From NCBI GenBank assembly GCA_016220005.1, contig JACRIV010000113.1, positions 6,059 to 70,058 of the forward strand: a DNA stretch of 64,000 bases, read 5' to 3'. Positions within the stretch are counted from its first letter, which is position 1. Every line of letters begins with the position of its first letter. A program made the position numbers and the translations under genes. The notes below the pieces were generated by a model. It saw nothing but the letters and a program-made list of their open reading frames with translations, ran no database searches and had not been told where the DNA came from. This document shows, in pieces, positions 58,844 to 64,000 of this stretch. Origin of the DNA: Deltaproteobacteria bacterium. GTDB lineage: Bacteria; Desulfobacterota; Deferrimicrobia; Deferrimicrobiales; Deferrimicrobiaceae.

Positions 58844-58889
58844 GACCGAGCAACCGACGGCGTAGCCACTTCCATGCGGAGACGGATGC

Positions 58890-58994
58890 CGGCAGCTTCC
58901 GCGGCCCTCCATGGCCGCTCTTCCTCCTCCTCGTCGGCGCTGCCTCGGAGCTCGAATCCTCTTCCATGAATCTTTACCTGTTGGATTCTCGCTC
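58890..58994. repeat. Structured repeat B, copy 1 (105 nt)
   Basis: Matches 60287-60391. The first about 73 nt differ at 1 position, followed by a divergent about 19-nt segment and then the shared GTTGGATTCTCGCTC. Abuts the rluD stop codon. Confidence 0.8.
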
Positions 58995-59943
58995 ATCCAT
59001 ACGCCTCGTCGACGGCGGCCCGGAACGCCGCGAACTCGGGCGGGTCCGGGACGGTGAATTCCATTCTCTCGCCCGTGACGGGGTGCGCGAACGCGAGTCG
59101 GAACGCGTGGAGAAGAAAACGGGGGACCGTGACGGTCCTTGCGGATCGCCCCTTCCCCAGCGCCACCTTCCTCGGCCGGCCGTACACGTCGTCGCCGACA
59201 ATGGGGCAGGAAAGGGATGCGCAGTGCACCCGCACCTGGTGGGTGCGGCCCGTCTCCAGGCGGAATTCCACGATGGAGAAGGGGCCGAAGGACTCGATCA
59301 ACCGGTAATGGGTGACCGCTCTCCGCCCTCCCTTCGGGAGCACCGCCATCTTCTTGCGGTGCACCGGGTGCCGGCCCACCTGGGAAACGACTGTCCCGCT
59401 CGCCCTTTGCGGCCTCCCCCAGACGATCCCGTGGTAGGCCCTCTCCACCTCCCGGTGGGAGGAGAACCGGGCCGAGAGGGCGGCATGCGCCTGGTCGGTC
59501 TTGGCCACCACCAGGATACCCGAGGTGTCCCTGTCGAGACGGTGGACGATCCCCGGCCGCGCGACCCCCCCGATCCCGGACAGACGGTCGGCGCGGGACA
59601 GGAGGACGTGAACGAGCGTCCCCTCCGGATGCCCGGGGGCGGGGTGCACCACCATGCCCGCCGGCTTCTCCACCACGAGGAGGTGCGCGTCCTGGAACAG
59701 GACCGCCAAGGGCCGGTCCTCGGGGACAAGGTCCAGGGGCCGCGGCGGGGGGACCGAGACCGTCACCACCTCGTTCCCTTTCAGCCGCACGGAGGCCCGC
59801 GCGGCGCCGTCGCCAAGGCGCACGTTGCCCTCCTCGATCAACCGCTGGATGCGGGAGCGGGAGAGGTCCGGGATGGCGGCGGACAGAAAGCGGTCCAGCC
59901 GCTCCCCCACCTTGCCGGGGGGGACGATGAAGCGATGGGTCAT
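58993..59943 (-). CDS. rluD: RluA-family 23S rRNA pseudouridine synthase
   Basis: 316 aa. N-terminal S4 domain. VVEKPAGMVVHP and HRLDRDTSG motifs. Confidence 0.9.
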   Translation of the reverse strand: MTHRFIVPPGKVGERLDRFLSAAIPDLSRSRIQRLIEEGNVRLGDGAARASVRLKGNEVVTVSVPPPRPLDLVPEDRPLAVLFQDAHLLVVEKPAGMVVHPAPGHPEGTLVHVLLSRADRLSGIGGVARPGIVHRLDRDTSGILVVAKTDQAHAALSARFSSHREVERAYHGIVWGRPQRASGTVVSQVGRHPVHRKKMAVLPKGGRRAVTHYRLIESFGPFSIVEFRLETGRTHQVRVHCASLSCPIVGDDVYGRPRKVALGKGRSARTVTVPRFLLHAFRLAFAHPVTGERMEFTVPDPPEFAAFRAAVDEAYG

Positions 59944-59949
59944 CGGCGA

Positions 59950-60216
59950 TTACCAGACCTTGGAGGGGATCCGCCCTGTCGGCCTGATCAGGACGTCGAC
60001 CAGGGCTTCATTGAAGTAATTCGTGCTCCGGGCGATCTCCGGATCGACCCGGCTCTGGTAATAGTTCCGGCCCTCCTCGATCTCGTCCCGCAGGAGATCG
60101 AAAAGCGTGTCCCGGGCGATCCCCTCCTCCACCTTTTTTGCGTTGTACAGGGCGATGTCCGAGACCACCGCCCGTGCGATCCGCCGGGCCACCTCAAGAT
60201 CCTTGACGACCCCCAT
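59950..60216 (-). CDS. small hypothetical protein (88 aa)
   Basis: ATG 60216 lies 6 nt after AGGAGG (the tracked GTG at 60222 is less likely). MGVVKDLEVARRIARAVVSDIALYNAKKVEEGI... is helical with balanced composition. No family recognised. Confidence 0.6.
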   Translation of the reverse strand: MGVVKDLEVARRIARAVVSDIALYNAKKVEEGIARDTLFDLLRDEIEEGRNYYQSRVDPEIARSTNYFNEALVDVLIRPTGRIPSKVW

Positions 60217-60286
60217 GTTCACCCTCCTTTCGTCCTAGCCCCCGCTCGCGCTCGGACATCCTTGTCCGAGGCGAAGCGGGCGGCCT

Positions 60287-60391
60287 CGGCAGCTTCCGCG
60301 GCCCTCCATGGCCGCTCTTCCTCCTGCTCGTCGGCGCTGCCTCGGAGCTCGAATCCTCCGTCATCTGACTCCACCGGTTGGATTCTCGCTC
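60287..60391. repeat. Structured repeat B, copy 2 (105 nt)
   Basis: See copy 1. Overlaps the last 31 nt of the htrA ORF. Confidence 0.8.
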
Positions 60392-61785
60392 CTTGTGCGG
60401 AAGGCCGCGTACATCTGCGCCCCGTCCCGCAGGAGGAGGACCGACACCATCTGCCCGCGGGAGAGGCCCGCCATGGCCCGCCGGTAGGCGTCCACGCCGG
60501 TCAGGGGCTCGCGGTTGACGCGCAGGAGCACGTCGCCCTCCCGGATCCCGCCCTCCCAGGCGGGTCCGGCCGCGTCGACGAAGCCGACCTCGACGCCCCC
60601 CTCGATTTCGAGGCCCCGCAACACCCTGGCCGGGATCCCGACGACGGCGAGCCCCCAGGCGTCCACGGGGGCCTTCCGCGGCTGCGGGCGCATCTCCTGC
60701 CCCTCCAGCTCGGCGATCCGGACCTCCACCCGGGCGCGCTTTCCGCCGCGGAGGATCTCCAGGCTCACGGCGCTTCCCGGGGGGGTCGCGGCAACCTGCT
60801 TCTGGAACTCCTTCACGCCGGCCGTCGGCTTTCCGCCGAATACGGTGATGATGTCTCCCCCGCGCAGCCCGCCCTTCTCGGCGGGACTCCGGGGAGAGAC
60901 GCGGTTGACCAGGATCCCCTTCTCTTCCTTCACACCGAACGACTCCGCCAGCTCCGGCGTGAGCGTCTGGATTCCCACGCCGAGCCATCCGCGCCGGACA
61001 GCGCCGTTCCGGGCCAGCTCGCGCTCCACCGACATGACGGTGTTTATCGGGATGGCGAAGCCGATCCCCTGCCCCGCGCTCACCATCGCGGTGTTGATCC
61101 CCACCACCTCGCCGCGGGTGTTTAGAAGCGGCCCGCCGGAGTTGCCCGGGTTGATCGAAGCGTCGGTCTGGACGAAATCGTCCGTGGCTTCCACGCCCAG
61201 GTCGGTCCTCCCCGTGGCGCTGATCACGCCAAGGGTCACGGTGCTCTCCAGCCCGAAGGGGTTCCCCACCGCGATGGCCCATTCTCCGACCTTCAGCCGC
61301 GTGGAATCGCCCAGCACCGCTACGGGAAGACGGCCGGAAGGGCGGATCCGCAGGAGCGCGACGTCGGTCCTCGCGTCGGCGCCGACGACGCGGGCGGGGT
61401 ACTCGGCCCGGTTCCACAGCCGGACGATGATCTCGTCCGCGTCCCGGACGACGTGCTCGTTGGTCACGATCAGGCCGTCCTCGCCGACGATCACCCCGGA
61501 GCCCAGCGAGTTCTCCCGGACTCCGCCGTTCTCTTCCATCATGTCCGACAGGTAGTCCTGGACCTTCTGCCGGTCGGTCCGCGGGGACGCCTTTCCCCGG
61601 GGAAACGCGGTGACCGTGCGGATGTTGACCACCGTCGGCACCGCCCGCTCGACCGCCTTCACGAAGGCCTGCTGCAGGTCGGCCGCGCCGGCGGGGCCAG
61701 AGGCGGTCCCCGTCCCTCCCCCGCGGGAGCACCCGGCAAGGAGGACCGCCCAGCAGACGAGTGCGCGAAGCAGAGACGATCTCAT
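60361..61785 (-). CDS. htrA: Do/DegP/HtrA-family periplasmic serine endoprotease (2 PDZ domains)
   Basis: 474 aa from ATG 61785 (ATGA overlap with ribF). Lipoprotein-like signal LLAGC. Triad contexts TNEHVV, DVALL and GNSGGPL. Confidence 0.9.
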   Translation of the reverse strand: MRSSLLRALVCWAVLLAGCSRGGGTGTASGPAGAADLQQAFVKAVERAVPTVVNIRTVTAFPRGKASPRTDRQKVQDYLSDMMEENGGVRENSLGSGVIVGEDGLIVTNEHVVRDADEIIVRLWNRAEYPARVVGADARTDVALLRIRPSGRLPVAVLGDSTRLKVGEWAIAVGNPFGLESTVTLGVISATGRTDLGVEATDDFVQTDASINPGNSGGPLLNTRGEVVGINTAMVSAGQGIGFAIPINTVMSVERELARNGAVRRGWLGVGIQTLTPELAESFGVKEEKGILVNRVSPRSPAEKGGLRGGDIITVFGGKPTAGVKEFQKQVAATPPGSAVSLEILRGGKRARVEVRIAELEGQEMRPQPRKAPVDAWGLAVVGIPARVLRGLEIEGGVEVGFVDAAGPAWEGGIREGDVLLRVNREPLTGVDAYRRAMAGLSRGQMVSVLLLRDGAQMYAAFRTRSENPTGGVR

Positions 61786-62762
61786 CCCACCGTCTCCCCG
61801 GCGCCGGCGGGATCGGGCTTCCTCCTGCCGGCTTCCCTTCTCGCGGGGAGCTTGACTTCCCTGGCGTACCGCACGTCCTTCTCGATCTGCCGGACGAGCT
61901 CGTCCGCGTTCTTGAACTTCCGCTCGTCGCGGATCCTGTCGCGGAAATAGACGGAAACCTCCTCCCCGTAGAGGTCCCTGTCGAAATCGAGGAGGTGGAC
62001 CTCCACCCCGAGCGAGTTCTCCCCGAAAGTGGGGTTGAAGCCCACGTTCGCCACGGCCCGGTAGCCCACCCCGGCCACCTCGGCCTCCACGACGTACACG
62101 CCCGGCAGCGGGATGAGCTCCTGGGTGAACTGGATGTTGGCCGTCGGGAAGCCAAGCCTCCGGCCCCTGCCGGCGCCCGTGACCACCGGCCCCGAGACCC
62201 GGTAGGGGCGGCACAACAGCTCTTCCGCCTCCCGCACCCTCCCGGCCAGCAGCAGCTCCCGGATCCGGGTCGAGCTGACGATCAGCCCGCCGCGGACCAG
62301 CGGCGGGACCACCTGCACCTCGAACCCGAGCTCCCGCCCGATCTCGACGAGCATCGCCGGGGATCCGGTGCGGTTCCTCCCGAAGGTGAAGTCGTATCCG
62401 ACGATCACGTAGCGGGCGCGAAGCCTCCCGGCGAGGATCTCGCGGGCGAACTCCGCCGGCCACATCCGGCCGACCTCGCCGGTGAACGATTCCACCACGA
62501 GCGCATCGATTCCGGAGGAGGCGATGAGCAGAGCCTTCTCCTCCAGCGTGGTGATCTCGTAGAAGCGCGCCCCGGGGGAGAAGAACCGGACCGGGTGGGG
62601 GAAGAACGTCAGGGCCACGGACATCGTCGCTGCGGCGTTCGCCCTGGCGATGGTGCGCCGCAGCAGCTCCCGGTGTCCCAGGTGGACCCCGTCGAAGTTC
62701 CCGATGGTCACCGATACGCCCGCGGGCGGGGAGAAAGCGGAAGTTCCCTGAACGACGATCAT
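61782..62762 (-). CDS. ribF: bifunctional riboflavin kinase / FMN adenylyltransferase
   Basis: 326 aa from ATG 62762. GNFDGVHLGH and GFPTAN motifs. Confidence 0.92.
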   Translation of the reverse strand: MIVVQGTSAFSPPAGVSVTIGNFDGVHLGHRELLRRTIARANAAATMSVALTFFPHPVRFFSPGARFYEITTLEEKALLIASSGIDALVVESFTGEVGRMWPAEFAREILAGRLRARYVIVGYDFTFGRNRTGSPAMLVEIGRELGFEVQVVPPLVRGGLIVSSTRIRELLLAGRVREAEELLCRPYRVSGPVVTGAGRGRRLGFPTANIQFTQELIPLPGVYVVEAEVAGVGYRAVANVGFNPTFGENSLGVEVHLLDFDRDLYGEEVSVYFRDRIRDERKFKNADELVRQIEKDVRYAREVKLPARREAGRRKPDPAGAGETVG

Positions 62763-62929
62763 CCCCCTGCCTTTCCTGTATTCCGTTATTCCGTCCTTGT
62801 GCCTAGGGGTGACGGGGCGCAAACACCCTAAAAGTTATGATACTATACCCGGATTCCGCCGTTGCGCTGCAAATATCCGCCGTCTTCGGAAAATCGCAGC
62901 CGGGATCGCGCCGGACCGTATAACATTGC

Positions 62930-64000
62930 ATGAAGACCGTCCACAAATACCTCCTCTCCGAGATCAGCGGGCCGTTCCTCATCGGCCTGTTCACCTTCAG
63001 CCTCGTGATCCTGCTCCACCGCTTCTCGAAGATCGCCGACCTGGTGATCGCCAAGGGGGTTCCGCTCTCTCTCGTCGGAAGGCTGCTCCTGTCCCTGTTC
63101 CCGACCTTCCTCGAGATCACCCTTCCCGCAGCCCTGCTCCTGTCCGTCCTCCTCGCCCTCGGGAGGCTTTCCGCGGACTCGGAGACGACCGCGCTCGGAA
63201 GCGCGGGCTTCGGCATGAGGGGGATGGCCTTCCCGGTCCTCCTTCTGAGCGTCGGGACGTTCCTCGCAAGCCTCTTCATGGGGTGGAACGGCATCCCCTG
63301 GGGGAACCTGCAGATGCGGGAGACTCTCGCCCGGATCATCTCCGTCCGGGCCGGCGCGGGCGCCTCCGAGCACGTCTTCCAGGAGATCACCCCCGACGTC
63401 CTCCTCTATTCGGACCGGGTCTCCTCCGACGGGACGAGCATGACCGGCATCCTCGTGTCCCAGCGCGTGGCGGGGCAGGACCCGCTGCTGGTCTTCGCGA
63501 AGGAGGGGGAGTTCTCCCCGGTGAAGGGCGGCAACGCGGTGAGGCTCCTGCTCTCCGAGGGGACGATCCACCATGAGGACGCCGCCGCGGGGGTGTACAG
63601 GGCCGCTTCCTTCCGCGGTATGGAATTCCTCCTTCCGATGGGGCTCTCCGGCGGGACGGGAGGCGACGAGCCGAAGGGGCTCACGCTGCCGCAGCTCTTC
63701 CGCAAGATCTCCGCGGGGGGAAATGCCGCCGGGAGCGCGGCCTACCGGTACCATTTCCACAGGCGGCTCTCCCTCGCGTGCTCGTGCCTCGCCTTCGGCC
63801 TGCTCGCCGTCCCACTGGGGCTCTCCCAGCGCGCCCGGGGGAAATCCCCCGCCTTCGCCCTCACGGTCGCCGTAATCCTTTTCTATTATCTCTTTCTCGC
63901 CGCGGCCAGCGCCCTGGAGTCCAAGGCCCCCGGGGCGATGGTCTTCGTTATTTGGCTGCCCAACGCCATCGGGCTCTTCCTGGCTTGCTTCATCCTTTGG
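62930..64000 (+). CDS. LptF/LptG (YjgP/YjgQ) family permease, partial (runs off window end)
   Basis: Not in the ORF track because there is no stop inside the window. ATG 62930 opens 357 stop-free codons, MKTVHKYLLSEISGPFLIGLFTFSLVILLHRFSKIADLVIAKGVP.... The TM-loop-TM layout is typical of LPS export permeases. Confidence 0.75.
   Translation, partial: MKTVHKYLLSEISGPFLIGLFTFSLVILLHRFSKIADLVIAKGVPLSLVGRLLLSLFPTFLEITLPAALLLSVLLALGRLSADSETTALGSAGFGMRGMAFPVLLLSVGTFLASLFMGWNGIPWGNLQMRETLARIISVRAGAGASEHVFQEITPDVLLYSDRVSSDGTSMTGILVSQRVAGQDPLLVFAKEGEFSPVKGGNAVRLLLSEGTIHHEDAAAGVYRAASFRGMEFLLPMGLSGGTGGDEPKGLTLPQLFRKISAGGNAAGSAAYRYHFHRRLSLACSCLAFGLLAVPLGLSQRARGKSPAFALTVAVILFYYLFLAAASALESKAPGAMVFVIWLPNAIGLFLACFILW

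Noticed and set aside
58966-62155. 719-aa plus-strand (58966..61125) and 653-aa minus-strand off-frame (60194..62155) ORFs
   Set aside because: They overlap rluD and htrA in the antisense or wrong frame. They have shadow-ORF composition, and part of their sequence is simply the translation of repeat B.

Overview
GC-rich bacterial chromosomal window. I call about 58 protein genes, one tRNA-Met(CAT) and an RNase P RNA. Gene content and some N-termini look Desulfuromonadota/Geobacter-like, but that is inference only.

Almost everything from about 11.2 kb to 62.8 kb is housekeeping and co-directional on the minus strand:
- yggT-proC-yggS-maf.
- A complete dcw cluster, mraZ-rsmH-ftsL-ftsI-murE-murF-mraY-murD-ftsW-murG-murC-murB-ddl-ftsQ-ftsA-ftsZ (35.6 to 17.9 kb), followed by a radical SAM gene.
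- Class I fumarate hydratase.
- nif3 / Zn-ribbon / rnhA / rnpB.
- tRNA-Met.
- rpsU-yqeY-dnaG-rpoD.
- ppnP, HIT, hisI-F-A-H-B-D.
- murA-prmC-prfA-DUF1385-thyX-rpmE-rho.
- A degenerate GGDEF gene, pgeF, rluD, an 88-aa ORF, htrA and ribF.
- A partial lptF/G-like gene on the plus strand at the right edge.

Accessory-looking content is confined to two regions:
- 0-8.8 kb: a tightly packed ArsR-headed operon (nucleoside-phosphorylase-fold protein, DsrE-like protein, MFS permease, SQR-like flavoprotein, MMPL exporter, LolA-like protein). It also holds a divergent ECF sigma with a Cys-rich tail and a coupled Cys/Lys micro-ORF, and one hypothetical gene.
- 14-17.7 kb: yjbQ plus an adenylate-forming enzyme, convergent with the radical SAM gene.

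I recognise no transposase, integrase, phage, CRISPR or known defence genes, and I do not see a clear-cut novel multi-gene system.

The most unusual signals are non-coding:
- A 162-nt structured repeat present twice, with compensatory substitutions.
- A 105-nt structured repeat present twice, bracketing a two-gene segment.
- A REP-like palindromic family built on GGGGACAC half-sites at four operon boundaries.
- A 30-nt promoter-like motif present twice, each copy next to a tiny Cys/Gly ORF.

Many long ORFs in the supplied track are antisense or off-frame shadows of real genes in GC-rich DNA and were rejected. All start codons are inferred from sequence context only.
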